From: Nocardioides sp.
GTDB taxonomy: Bacteria; Actinomycetota; Actinomycetes; Propionibacteriales; Nocardioidaceae
DNA: 48,210 nucleotides
Reading direction: 5' to 3'
Assembly (NCBI GenBank): GCA_041914085.1
Contig: JAYSEC010000001.1
Location: 3,182-51,391 of the forward strand
The position numbers and the translations under genes were made by a program. This document shows, in pieces, positions 9,136-18,877 of the stretch. Position 1 is the stretch's first letter. Every line of letters starts with the position of its first letter. The notes below the pieces were generated by a model, which was not told where the DNA came from, did no database searches, and worked only from the letters and a program-made list of their open reading frames with translations.

Positions 9136-10335
9136 ATGTCTGCACGCCGCGTGCTCGCAGGCAGCGTTGCCGCGCTGCTCCTGCCCGCGTCCATGCTGTT
9201 GTCGACCGAGTCCGGCTCTGCCACCGATTCCGCGGCGCCGTCCGCGTCGACGTCGGTGAGCAAGAAGGCCGGCCAGAAGGTCTCGCTGGAGGTGCTGCCC
9301 CAGATCGTCCAGCAGGGCCGTCGCGCCGCCAGCGCCAACAGCGCCAAGGGCGCCGTCACCGCCACGATCAAGCCCGTGAAGGTCGGCCGCAAGGTCGTCC
9401 TCGAGCAGCTCAACGGCTCGTCGTGGAAGAAGGTCGGCACCGCCAAGCAGGAGAAGTCCGGGCGGGCCTACTTCCGCGCCGCCGTCTCCAAGAACGGCCA
9501 GCCGCTCACCTACCGCGTGACCGCCCAGAAGTTCAAGGGCCTGGGCAAGGTCACCAGCAAGACCGCCGACACGGCCCGCTGGGTGACCCCCACGTTCACC
9601 GACGAGTTCTCCGGCAGCACGCTGGGCCCGGCGTGGAGCATGCGTGGCCAGGACTACGAGCCCACCAGCAAGCGCTACTGCTCCAAGGGCGACCCGTCGG
9701 CCGTCAAGGTCGCCGGCGGTGCCGTGCGCCTGAGCGTCATCAAGGACAAGACGCGCTCGGGCAAGTGCCTGGCCAAGTCGCGCAAGCTGAAGAAGAAGAT
9801 CTCCTACCGCCTCAACGGCCACATCGGCTCGCGTGACGGCTTCACCTTCAAGTACGGCGTCGCCGCCGCGCGCGTGAAGATGCACAAGTCGCAGGGCCAG
9901 CACTCCAGCTTCTGGCTGCAGCCCGTCGGCGAGAACCAGCCGGGCAGCGACGGTCACGAGATCGACGTCATCGAGTACTTCGGCGACAAGCACCCGCAGG
10001 GCGGCCTCACCAGCTTCATCCACTGGTACAAGGGCAAGCGCCTGATCAAGACCGGGTCGTGGATCAAGGACTCGAAGTCGTTCCTGAAGAACAAGAAGGA
10101 CGGCTGGTCGAAGAACTACCACGTCTTCTCGGTCCAGTGGACCCCGAAGTCGATCATCTTCTACATCGACGGCAAGGAGACCTGGCGCACCTCGGCCCGC
10201 GTCTCGAAGACCGAGCAGTACCTCATCCTGAGCCTCCTCGCCTCCGACTACGAGGCCCTGGAGATGAAGGACTCGAAGCTGCCGCAGCACATGTACGTCG
10301 ACTGGGTGCGCGTGTGGGAGACCCCCGCCTCCTGA
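9136..10335 (+). CDS. Secreted glycoside hydrolase family 16, Lys-rich, with N-terminal beta-rich domain
   Basis: Signal peptide; FTDEFSG, FKYG, EIDVIE catalytic motif, YHVFSVQW, MYVDWVRVW. Confidence 0.88.
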   Translation: MSARRVLAGSVAALLLPASMLLSTESGSATDSAAPSASTSVSKKAGQKVSLEVLPQIVQQGRRAASANSAKGAVTATIKPVKVGRKVVLEQLNGSSWKKVGTAKQEKSGRAYFRAAVSKNGQPLTYRVTAQKFKGLGKVTSKTADTARWVTPTFTDEFSGSTLGPAWSMRGQDYEPTSKRYCSKGDPSAVKVAGGAVRLSVIKDKTRSGKCLAKSRKLKKKISYRLNGHIGSRDGFTFKYGVAAARVKMHKSQGQHSSFWLQPVGENQPGSDGHEIDVIEYFGDKHPQGGLTSFIHWYKGKRLIKTGSWIKDSKSFLKNKKDGWSKNYHVFSVQWTPKSIIFYIDGKETWRTSARVSKTEQYLILSLLASDYEALEMKDSKLPQHMYVDWVRVWETPAS

Positions 10336-10397
10336 CGCACAGCAGCTGACGCACCACGCTCCACACCACGGATCCGCGCGTTGGCCCGGCCCTGATC

Positions 10398-12005
10398 TCA
10401 GGGAAGGGCCAGCGCGCGGATCTTTGCGTCCAGCTCGCCGCGGTTGTCGCGGCGGACGCGGGCCTCGACGACCTCGATGCCGCCGTTCGGCGTCGCGAGC
10501 GCGTGCTCGAGCTCGGGCAGGCTGGTGACCCGCAGGTGCGGGACGCGCACGGCCGCACAGAGGCTCGCGAGGTCGACCCCGTGGGGAGTGCCGAAGAGCG
10601 TGTCGAACCGGTCGGCGTGCTCCGGGGCGCCCTGCTCGAGGGTGGCGAAGATCGAGCCGCCGTCGTCGTTGACCACGACGATCGTCAGGTCCGGCCTCTC
10701 CTCGCGCGGGCCGAGCACCAGGCCGGTGGTGTCGTGGAGGAAGGTCACGTCGCCCATCAGCGCGAGCGCGCGCGACGAGCGGGGACGGCCGAGCGCCGCA
10801 CCGACCGCCGAGCTGATGGTGCCGTCGATGCCGGCGAGCCCGCGGTTGGCGACCACCTTGCGACGACCGCCGACCTCGTAGCGCGCCACCATCAGGTCCA
10901 GGTCGCGCACGGGGTTGCTGGCACCGACGAACAGCAGTCCGCCCGGCGGCAGGGCGCGGCTCACCGCCCCCGCCACCTCGTACGGCGTCAGGTCGGGCTC
11001 GCCGGCCAGCAGGGCGTCGAGGTCGCGTGAGACCCGGCGGTCGGCCTCGTGCCACTCCGCGGCCCAGGCGGGGTCGTCGGGACGGCTGACGTCGACCCGG
11101 TCGACCTCGCGGGCGACGCGGAACGGGCGTTGGGACCACATGCCCCGGTGGCGCACGGAGACCACCTCGACGTCCTCGCGGGCGAGCAGGCGCGAGACCG
11201 GGCGCGACAGCGTCGGGTGCCCGTGGACCACGACCCGCTCGACGCGGTCGCCGAGGGTGCCGGCCAGCAGCAGCCGGTAGGTCCGGACCACGCTGTCGCC
11301 CGTGCGGCACCCGCTGGACGGCTCGGCCAGCAGCGGCCAGCCGGCCTTCTCCGCGAGGACCCGGGCGGGAGGACCGGCGTCGTCGCCCGCGACCACGACG
11401 GTGCGCGGTCCGGGGTCGAGGACGAGGTGCTCCACGGGCGACGCGTCGGCCGCCACCGGCGGTTCGGGCACCTCTCCCCCGTCCCAGCCGCCGTCGTCGG
11501 GCAGCAGCGGCTCGTCGAGCTGGAGGTTGAGGTGCACCGGGCGGCGGTGCTCGTGGCTGCGCAGGAAGGCCACGAGCTCCGCGAGGTCGGCCGCGGCGAC
11601 GTCGAGCGTCGGGGCGAACGTGCCGAAGATGCCGTCCTGGTGGGTCGTCTGGTTGGCCCCGGTGCCTCGCACCCGGGCCGGGCGGTCGGCCGTGACGACG
11701 ACGAGCGGCACCCCGGCGTGGGCCGCCTCGACCACCGCGGGCAGCAGGTTGGCCACGGCCGTGCCGGACGTGCAGGTGACCGCGGCGGGGCGGCCGCCGA
11801 CCTTCGCGAGGCCGAGCGCGAGGAAGGCCGCGGTGCGCTCGTCGATCCGGGTGTGCAGGCGGAGGCCCCCCGCCTGTGCGGCGTCGTACAGCGCGAAGGA
11901 CAGCGGCGCGTTGCGCGACCCCGGCGCGAGCACGACCTCGCGCACGGCGGAGCCGCGCAGCGCCGTGACCGCCGCACGGGCGAGGTCGGTGGAGGGGTTG
12001 CTCAC
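10398..12005 (-). CDS. menD: SEPHCHC synthase
   Basis: PGSRNAPL, DERTAAF, TSGTAVANL, TADRP, ANRGLAGIDG, GDVTFLHD, NDDGGSIF; GTG overlaps the menC stop. Confidence 0.95.
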   Translation of the reverse strand: MSNPSTDLARAAVTALRGSAVREVVLAPGSRNAPLSFALYDAAQAGGLRLHTRIDERTAAFLALGLAKVGGRPAAVTCTSGTAVANLLPAVVEAAHAGVPLVVVTADRPARVRGTGANQTTHQDGIFGTFAPTLDVAAADLAELVAFLRSHEHRRPVHLNLQLDEPLLPDDGGWDGGEVPEPPVAADASPVEHLVLDPGPRTVVVAGDDAGPPARVLAEKAGWPLLAEPSSGCRTGDSVVRTYRLLLAGTLGDRVERVVVHGHPTLSRPVSRLLAREDVEVVSVRHRGMWSQRPFRVAREVDRVDVSRPDDPAWAAEWHEADRRVSRDLDALLAGEPDLTPYEVAGAVSRALPPGGLLFVGASNPVRDLDLMVARYEVGGRRKVVANRGLAGIDGTISSAVGAALGRPRSSRALALMGDVTFLHDTTGLVLGPREERPDLTIVVVNDDGGSIFATLEQGAPEHADRFDTLFGTPHGVDLASLCAAVRVPHLRVTSLPELEHALATPNGGIEVVEARVRRDNRGELDAKIRALALP

Positions 12006-12955
12006 GGGTGCCGATCCTGCCGTACGGCGTCGAGCCGGCGACGCCAGTGGTCGACGCGGTCGGGGGCGGCGGCCAGCCGGGCCAGCGCAGCGTCGTCGAC
12101 GACCGGCCGCCCCACCGGGAGCGCGCCGTCGACGGGCAGCAGCGGCTCGGCCGCCACGTCGTCGGTGAGGAGCTGGACGGTGGCCAGCCCGCAGGCGTGG
12201 TGCAGCTCGGGCAGCGCCGCGGCGAGGGCGACGCCGGCGGCGATCCCGACGCTGGACTCGACCGCGCTCGACACCACGACCGGCATCGCGATGTCCTCGG
12301 CGATCCGCAGGCAGGCCCGGACGCCTCCCAGCGGCTGGACCTTGAGCACGGCGATGTCGGCCGCCTCCAGGTCGCGCACCCGGTAGGGGTCCGCCGCGCG
12401 CCGGATCGACTCGTCCGCGGCGATCGGCACCGCGACGCGGCGTCGCACGACGGCGAGGTCCTCCACGCTCGCGACCGGCTGCTCGACGTACTCCAGGCCC
12501 CCGGCCGCGCGGTCCAGGGTGGCGATGGCCTTGACGGCCGCGTCGACGTCCCAGGCACCGTTGGCGTCGATCCGGACCAGGCCGTCGGGCCCGATCGCGT
12601 CGCGCACCGCCTCGAGCCGGGCGACGTCGTCGGCCAGCGCCTGGCCGCGCTCGGCGACCTTGACCTTGGCCGTGCGGCAGCCACCGGCGCGGACGATGTC
12701 GTAGGCGTGCTGGGGGTCGGTGGCAGGGACCGTGACGTTGACCGGGACCCGGTCGCGCAGCGGCTCCGGCCAGCCCTCGTCGGCGGCCTCGCGGGCACAG
12801 GCCAGCCATGGCCGCGCGACGTCGTCGTCGTACTCGAGGAAGGGCGAGAACTCCCCCCACCCGGCCTCGCCGCGCAGCAGCACGCCCTCGCGGACCGTGA
12901 TGCCGCGGAAGCGGGTGCGCAGCGGGATCGAGAAGACGTGCACGGGCGGCGTCAC
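12002..12955 (-). CDS. menC: o-succinylbenzoate synthase
   Basis: GEFSPF, KVKV, DANGAW, EQP, ADES, KVQPLGG enolase-superfamily motifs. Confidence 0.93.
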   Translation of the reverse strand: MTPPVHVFSIPLRTRFRGITVREGVLLRGEAGWGEFSPFLEYDDDVARPWLACAREAADEGWPEPLRDRVPVNVTVPATDPQHAYDIVRAGGCRTAKVKVAERGQALADDVARLEAVRDAIGPDGLVRIDANGAWDVDAAVKAIATLDRAAGGLEYVEQPVASVEDLAVVRRRVAVPIAADESIRRAADPYRVRDLEAADIAVLKVQPLGGVRACLRIAEDIAMPVVVSSAVESSVGIAAGVALAAALPELHHACGLATVQLLTDDVAAEPLLPVDGALPVGRPVVDDAALARLAAAPDRVDHWRRRLDAVRQDRHP

Positions 12956-13971
12956 AGGGCGGCCCGGATCGCCTGCTGGTCGACCTTGCCGTTGCGCAGC
13001 CGGGGCAGCTCCTCGACCCGCACGAAGCGGCTCGGTGCCCACGAGCGCGGGTGGACCAGGCCCACCCAGTCGCGCAGCTCGGGGTCGGGCGCGGTGCCGA
13101 CCACGACGGCGACGACCCGCTGGCCCCACTCGTCGTCGGGCACGCCGAGCACCTCGGCGTCCTCCACCAGGGCGTGCTCGCGCAGCCGCTCGGCGACCGC
13201 CGGGACCGGGACCTTGACCCCGCCGCTGATGACGACGTCGTCGATGCGACCGGTGATCCGGAGGCGACCGGTGTCGTCGACGCGACCGGTGTCGGAGGTG
13301 AGGAACCAGCCGTCGACGAGGCACTCCGCGGTGAGCTGCGGATCCCCCTCGTAGTGGCTGAACAGCGTCGGCCCGCCGATGCGCACCCGGCCGGTGTCGT
13401 CGACGCGCACCTCGACGCCGTCCAGCGGCCGGCCGTCGTAGACGCACCCGCCGGCCGTCTCGGAGGAGCCGTAGGTCACGACCACACGGACGCCTGCGTC
13501 CTCGGCCCGGCGCCGCAGGCGGGCGTCCAGTCCACCTCCGCCGACGAGGACGGTGTGGAGGCTGGCGAGCGCCGCGTGCTGGTCGGCCCGGTCGAGCAGC
13601 CGGTGCAGCTGGGTCGGCACGAGCGACAGGAAGGCCGCCGCATCGGTGCGGTCGCCGGCGAGCGCTCCGGCGACGTCCAGGCCGTCGACGACGGCGGGGT
13701 CGTGGCCGGCCAGCAGCGACCGGACGACCACCTGCACCCCGGCGACGTACGACGACGGCAGCGCCAGCAGCCAGCGCCCGGAGCCCTGCAGCCGCGCGGC
13801 GGACGCGGTGGCGCTGGCGACCACGGCGTCGCGCGGCAGCACCACCCGCTTCGGCCTCCCGGTCGAGCCGGACGTCTCGATGAGCAGGGGGTCGGGCTCG
13901 TCGTCCTCGAGCCACCGCGCCAGCTGCCGGACCGCCACCGGGGGGTCGTCGGAGGGCCGCAGGAAACTCAC
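12952..13971 (-). CDS. menE: o-succinylbenzoate-CoA ligase (short actinobacterial form)
   Basis: TSGSTGRPK, TYGSSET, GRIDD, SGGVKV, NGKVD; coupled to menC; TAGCGT -10 before GTG. Confidence 0.88.
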   Translation of the reverse strand: MSFLRPSDDPPVAVRQLARWLEDDEPDPLLIETSGSTGRPKRVVLPRDAVVASATASAARLQGSGRWLLALPSSYVAGVQVVVRSLLAGHDPAVVDGLDVAGALAGDRTDAAAFLSLVPTQLHRLLDRADQHAALASLHTVLVGGGGLDARLRRRAEDAGVRVVVTYGSSETAGGCVYDGRPLDGVEVRVDDTGRVRIGGPTLFSHYEGDPQLTAECLVDGWFLTSDTGRVDDTGRLRITGRIDDVVISGGVKVPVPAVAERLREHALVEDAEVLGVPDDEWGQRVVAVVVGTAPDPELRDWVGLVHPRSWAPSRFVRVEELPRLRNGKVDQQAIRAAL

Positions 13972-14008
13972 GCGACCCACGCTATCCGTTCTGCCACGAT
14001 GGCCTGCG

Positions 14009-15289
14009 ATGGAGGAGACCGACGAGCAGGCAGCCACCCGCGCCGGGACACCGAGGGGGAGCTGGTTCCAGCGCCAGCTGCCCGCGAGCCCGCTCGCCCG
14101 GTCGCTCTCGGTGCAGTCGATCCTCTTCGCCATCGGCGAGGGCACGTTCATCACCGGCTCGGCCGTGTTCTTCACCCAGATCGTCGGCCTGTCGGCCGCG
14201 CAGGTCGGCGTCGGCCTGACGGTCGCCGGGATCGCGTCGTTCTTCTTCGCCGTGCCGGCGGGCAAGCTCGCCGACCGGGTCGGGACCAAGCGCATCTGGG
14301 CGATCGGCGCCGGGCTGACCGCCCTGCTCTACCTGGTCTGGCCGTTCATCCACGGCTTCGCCGCCTACCTGGTGATGATGGTCGCGCTGGAGGTGGTCAG
14401 CCAGGCCGGCTGGAGCGGCCGGGGCGCCTACACGATCGACATCTTCACCCGCGAGGAGCGCGTGCAGTCGCAGGCGTTCATGCGAGCCGCGCTCAACATC
14501 GGCTTCACGGTCGGCGCGCTCATCGGCGGCCTGGCCCTCGCGACGAACAGCGACGCGGTGGTGCGGGCGGTGCCGATCCTGACCGGCCTCGTCCTGCTGC
14601 TGAACACCTACTGGATCACCCGCCTCCCCGACCCGCCCGCCAAGGAGCCGGTCGCGACGGAGGAGGCGGTGATCAAGCCGGCCGCGCTGAAGAACCGCGC
14701 CTTCCTGGCCCTCATGACCGGTGACGGCGTGCTGGGCACCAACCAGGTCCTGCTCAACATCGTGATCCCGCTCTGGCTGGTCGAGGAGACCGACGCGCCG
14801 CGGGTGCTGCTCGCCTGGCTCTTCGGCACCAACACGGTGATGGCGGTCCTGCTGCAGGTGGCCGCGGCCCGCGGCGTGGACTCGGTCGCGCGCTCGCTGC
14901 GGGCGTCGTACATCTCGGCAGGGTTCTTCGTCCTGTCCTGCGCCATCGTGCTGGTCACCCACGACACCGTCGGCTGGCTCACCATCTTCCTCGTCTGGCT
15001 CGGCCACGTGACCGTCACCGGCGCGGAGCTGTTCCAGTCGGCCGGCTCGTGGGGCTTCCAGTCCGAGCTGACCGACGCCTCCCAGCGGGCGGAGTACCAG
15101 GGTGCCGCCCACATCGGCCACACCGCCGGCTCGGTGTGGGCGCCGGCCCTCTTCACCTGGCTCGCCATGGAGCACGGCTCCCTCGGCTGGATCACCATCG
15201 CAGGGATCTGCCTCGTCGCGACCCTCACCATGGGGCCGTCCGCCCGCGCCGCGGAGCGCTATCTCGCGCGTCACGGCTCCGCCGCCTGA
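14009..15289 (+). CDS. MFS transporter
   Basis: GKLADRVGTK motif A; about 12 hydrophobic segments. Confidence 0.88.
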   Translation: MEETDEQAATRAGTPRGSWFQRQLPASPLARSLSVQSILFAIGEGTFITGSAVFFTQIVGLSAAQVGVGLTVAGIASFFFAVPAGKLADRVGTKRIWAIGAGLTALLYLVWPFIHGFAAYLVMMVALEVVSQAGWSGRGAYTIDIFTREERVQSQAFMRAALNIGFTVGALIGGLALATNSDAVVRAVPILTGLVLLLNTYWITRLPDPPAKEPVATEEAVIKPAALKNRAFLALMTGDGVLGTNQVLLNIVIPLWLVEETDAPRVLLAWLFGTNTVMAVLLQVAAARGVDSVARSLRASYISAGFFVLSCAIVLVTHDTVGWLTIFLVWLGHVTVTGAELFQSAGSWGFQSELTDASQRAEYQGAAHIGHTAGSVWAPALFTWLAMEHGSLGWITIAGICLVATLTMGPSARAAERYLARHGSAA

Positions 15290-15317
15290 GGCGGCCCTCC
15301 GCCGTAGGGTCGGCGGC

Positions 15318-15605
15318 ATGACTGCCTACTGGATCACCACCTACCAGGCCGTGCACGACCCCGACAAGGTCGCTGCGTACGCCGCGCTGGCCGGGCCGGC
15401 GCTGACGGCGGCGGGCGGGCGCTTCCTCGTGCGCGGCATGCCGGAGGTGACCTTCGAGAGGGGCCAGTCCACCCGCACGATCGTCATCGAGTTCCCGTCC
15501 GTCGAGGCGGCGGTCGCGGCCCACGACAGCGAGGCCTACCAGGAGGCGCTGCGCGCGCTCGACGGCGGTGCCGACCGCGACATGCGCGTCGTCCCCGGGG
15601 CGTGA
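15318..15605 (+). CDS. DUF1330 family protein
   Basis: GGRFLVRG, IEFPSVEAA and SEAYQEA pattern; TAGGGT -10 seven nt before ATG. Confidence 0.85.
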   Translation: MTAYWITTYQAVHDPDKVAAYAALAGPALTAAGGRFLVRGMPEVTFERGQSTRTIVIEFPSVEAAVAAHDSEAYQEALRALDGGADRDMRVVPGA

Positions 15606-15660
15606 CCGCACCGCTGCGGCCGCGCTCCCCCGCCGACCGGCCCGGTGGCATGGTGGAGTG

Positions 15661-15819
15661 ATGGACGCCTTCCGCCTCGTGCTCACCGTCCTCGTGATGG
15701 TGGGGGTGGTCGCCGCCATCCTCCTCTTCGAGCGCCGCCGGGCGCGGGGCATCGAGCGCGACACCCGCCGGATGGCGCAGGGTCGCCCCGATGGCGAGGA
15801 CACCGACGACCAGTCCTAG
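15661..15819 (+). CDS. Small single-pass membrane protein (52 aa)
   Basis: MDAFR then a hydrophobic helix, a basic stop-transfer segment and an acidic tail; GC-rich third positions. Confidence 0.6.
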   Translation: MDAFRLVLTVLVMVGVVAAILLFERRRARGIERDTRRMAQGRPDGEDTDDQS

Positions 15820-15836
15820 TCCGGCACGGACGCGAA

Positions 15837-15889
15837 GGTGGCGGCACACGACACCCCGAGGGGCTGCTTCGATGTCGTCCGCCGCCACC
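15837..15889. repeat. Imperfect inverted repeat (REP-like or terminator hairpin)
   Basis: GGTGGCGGCACACGACACC ... GATGTCGTCCGCCGCCACC, 16 of 19 positions complementary. Confidence 0.55.
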
Positions 15890-16024
15890 CCCCGGACCCG
15901 ACGCCGCGCTCGGCGAGGGCGGCCACGGCCGCGAGCGCCGCGGCTTCCGGGGCGGTGCGGAAAAGTAAAGGACTCTCCGGAAATCGGAGGACGGACGTCG
16001 TACCCACGGCTCACAATGGCCCCG

Positions 16025-17383
16025 ATGAGCATCGTGTCGACCTTCAAGCAGCAGGCCACTCCACCATCGCCCCTGGCAGGGCGCCTGGCGACACAGTCGC
16101 TCCTCTTCGCCCTCGGCGAGGGCACCTTCATGGCCGGCTCCGCGGTGTTCTTCACCCAGGTCGTCGGCCTGTCCGTGGTGCAGGTCGGCCTCGGCCTGAC
16201 GATCGCGGGCATCGCGTCGTTCATCGCGGCGTACCCGATGGGCCGCGTCGTCGACCGGCTCGGCGCCAAGCGGTGCTGGGCCATCAGCTCGGCCGGCCAG
16301 GGCGCGATGTTCGCGGTCTGGCCGTTCATCGACTCCTTCCAGGGCTACCTCGCGATGGCGGTGACCATGGAGGTCATCGGCGCCCTCGGCGGCGTCGCGC
16401 ACGGGGCCTACACGATCGACGTGCTGCCACCGCAGGAGCGGGTGACGTCGCGCGCCTACATGTACTCCGCGCTCAACGTCGGCTTCACGCTCGGCTCGCT
16501 GCTCGGCATCATCGCCCTGGGCCCGGAGTCCCTCACGCTGCTGATGGTGATGCCCGTCTTCACCTCGGTCGTCTTCCTCTTCAACGCCGTCAACATCACC
16601 CGGCTGCCCCACGCCGCGCACGACATGCGCACGCCGGAGGAGCGCAAGGCGACGATCCCGGGACCGGGCCCGATGAAGAACGTCGGCTGGCTCGTGTCGA
16701 GCTTCTTCCACGGCGTGCTCTGGACCAACCAGGTCATCCTCAACGTCGTCATCCCGCTGTGGCTGGTCGACAAGACCGACGCACCCTGGGTGATCCTGTC
16801 GCTGCTCTTCGGCACCAACACCGTGATGTGCATCGTGCTGCCGATGGCTGCCGCCCGCGGCGTCAAGGACGTCACCACCGCCCTGCGGGCGATCCGGGTC
16901 TCGACGCTGTTCTTCGTCATCTCGTGCGTGATCACGCTCTCGACGCACCACACCGTGGGCCTGTGGACGATCGTGCTGTTCTTCCTCGGCCACGTCACGC
17001 TGACCGGCGCCGAGCTCTACCTCTCCGCCGCGAGCTGGACCTTCGAGGCCGAGCTGATGGACCCCCGCCGCCGCGGCGAGTACCAGGGTGCCGCCGAGCT
17101 CGCCGGCACGCTGGGCCGGGTCTGGGCGCCCGCCGCGTTCACGTTCCTCGCCATGAACTGGGGATCGGCGGGCTGGCTGGTCATCGCCGGCCTGATCGTC
17201 CTCGCGGCCGCCGGCCTGCACCCCTCGACCGCGATGGCCCGCCGCTTCCTCGAGGAGCACGTGCCGGCCGACGTGCTGGCCGACGCGGCCGCCCACGCCG
17301 TCGAGGACGCCCCGGTCGGCCCGCCGACCGTCGAGCAGCCGGCCGAGCCCGGCGGCGCGTCGCCGCTGGACGGGCTGCCATGA
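16025..17383 (+). CDS. MFS transporter, paralog of 14009-15289
   Basis: GRVVDRLGAK motif A; shares GEGTF..GSAVFFTQ, TNQV.LN.VIPLWLV and LFGTNTVM with the first copy. Confidence 0.88.
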   Translation: MSIVSTFKQQATPPSPLAGRLATQSLLFALGEGTFMAGSAVFFTQVVGLSVVQVGLGLTIAGIASFIAAYPMGRVVDRLGAKRCWAISSAGQGAMFAVWPFIDSFQGYLAMAVTMEVIGALGGVAHGAYTIDVLPPQERVTSRAYMYSALNVGFTLGSLLGIIALGPESLTLLMVMPVFTSVVFLFNAVNITRLPHAAHDMRTPEERKATIPGPGPMKNVGWLVSSFFHGVLWTNQVILNVVIPLWLVDKTDAPWVILSLLFGTNTVMCIVLPMAAARGVKDVTTALRAIRVSTLFFVISCVITLSTHHTVGLWTIVLFFLGHVTLTGAELYLSAASWTFEAELMDPRRRGEYQGAAELAGTLGRVWAPAAFTFLAMNWGSAGWLVIAGLIVLAAAGLHPSTAMARRFLEEHVPADVLADAAAHAVEDAPVGPPTVEQPAEPGGASPLDGLP

Positions 17384-17390
17384 TCCACCG

Positions 17391-18263
17391 GTGACCTCCT
17401 CCGCTGACTGGATCGCCGGCGCCCGGCCGCGCACCCTCCCCGCCGCCGTCGCGCCCGTGCTCGCCGGCACCGGCGTCGCGTCGTACGTCGATGCGCTCGT
17501 GTGGTGGAAGGCGGCCCTCGCCCTCCTCGTCAGCCTCGCCCTGCAGGTCGGGGTCAACTACGCCAACGACTACTCCGACGGCATCCGCGGCACCGACGCC
17601 GACCGGGTCGGGCCGATGCGCCTCGTCGGCTCCGGGGCGGCGTCGCCGGGCGCGGTGAAGGCGGCTGCCTTCGCCGCCTTCGGCGTGGCCGCGCTCGCCG
17701 GCCTGGTGCTCGCGGCCACCACCGCGTGGTGGCTGGTCGCGGTCGGCGCCGTGTGCGTGGTCGCGGCGTGGTTCTACACCGGCGGCGAGAAGCCCTACGG
17801 CTACCTCGGCCTCGGCGAGGTGATGGTCTTCGTGTTCTTCGGACTGGTCGCGGTGATCGGCACGACCTACGTCCAGACGAGGACCTGGGAGTGGGCCGCC
17901 CTCTACGCCGGTGTCGGCGTGGGCGCGCTCGCCTGCGCGATCCTCGTGGCCAACAACCTGCGCGACATCCCCACCGACACCGTCGCGGGCAAGCGCACGC
18001 TCGCGGTCCGGCTCGGCGACGAGCGCACCCGCCTCCTCTACGCCTTCCTGGTCCTGGTCGCGGCGGCCGCCGTCGTCGCCGTCGCCGCCGCGACGACCTG
18101 GTGGGCGCTCGTCGGCCTCGGGTTCCTGGCCCGGGCGGCGGCACCGACGCGCGCCGTCCTCGGCCAAGCGGCCGGTCCGGCGCTGGTCCCGGTCCTGGCG
18201 GGCACCGGGGCGGCCGAGCTGATCTGGTCGGTGCTCGTCGCGGCGCCCCTGTTCGTCGCCTGA
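17391..18263 (+). CDS. menA: 1,4-dihydroxy-2-naphthoate polyprenyltransferase
   Basis: ARPRTLPA, NYANDYSD, YGYLGLGE, NNLRDIPTD..AGKRTLAV. Confidence 0.95.
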   Translation: MTSSADWIAGARPRTLPAAVAPVLAGTGVASYVDALVWWKAALALLVSLALQVGVNYANDYSDGIRGTDADRVGPMRLVGSGAASPGAVKAAAFAAFGVAALAGLVLAATTAWWLVAVGAVCVVAAWFYTGGEKPYGYLGLGEVMVFVFFGLVAVIGTTYVQTRTWEWAALYAGVGVGALACAILVANNLRDIPTDTVAGKRTLAVRLGDERTRLLYAFLVLVAAAAVVAVAAATTWWALVGLGFLARAAAPTRAVLGQAAGPALVPVLAGTGAAELIWSVLVAAPLFVA

Positions 18264-18313
18264 GATCCGGGGTTCGCCCAGCCGTCCCCGCGCGGGCATG
18301 CGATCCTCGTCGT

Positions 18314-18829
18314 ATGTCCCAGCAGCAGCCCGAGGAGAGCGCCCGCCTCGACGCGTTCGTCCAGCGGCAGGTCGCCGACGCCGTACGCCGCAAGGAGGCG
18401 CGGGCGGCCGCCGACGCCGAGCTGCGGGCGTCCACCCTCGCCTCCGACACCGACCGCGACCTGGCGGCGGGCGTCCTCAACCAGGCCTTCGCCGAGGGGC
18501 GGCTGACCCCGGAGGAGCACGCGGAGCGCACCACCGGCGCGTTCACGGCGCGCACCCACGGCGACCTCGACCGGGTGCTGGCCGGGCTGCACGTCCCGGC
18601 GCCGCAGGCGACCGAGACGCATGCCGCGCGCAAGGTGCTGTTCTGGATGGTCACCGTGATGACGTCCCCGTTCCTGCTGATGGGCTTCGGCCTGCTCCTG
18701 GCCGGCAGCGACAACGGGGGTCGCGTCTTCGGCCTCGTCCTCCTCGTCCTCTTCGCGCCCGGGCTGTTCGCCCTCAACCGCTGGGCCTGGCCGAAGGCCG
18801 ACGGCACGCGCTGGCCGCGGATGCGCTGA
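18314..18829 (+). CDS. DUF1707 (SHOCT-like) domain membrane protein
   Basis: ASDTDRD...AFAEGRLTPEEHAER..ARTHGDL followed by two TM helices. Confidence 0.8.
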   Translation: MSQQQPEESARLDAFVQRQVADAVRRKEARAAADAELRASTLASDTDRDLAAGVLNQAFAEGRLTPEEHAERTTGAFTARTHGDLDRVLAGLHVPAPQATETHAARKVLFWMVTVMTSPFLLMGFGLLLAGSDNGGRVFGLVLLVLFAPGLFALNRWAWPKADGTRWPRMR

Positions 18830-18877
18830 CCCGATATTCCGTGGCCCGGAGCGGCAGCCCTCACTAGCGTGGAGCGG

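Noticed and set aside
4447-12798. Very long ORFs (1203, 1212 and 1376 aa) and many other overlapping ORFs across the window
   Set aside because: Arg/Gly/Pro-rich shadow frames of real genes; expected from stop-codon scarcity in high-GC DNA
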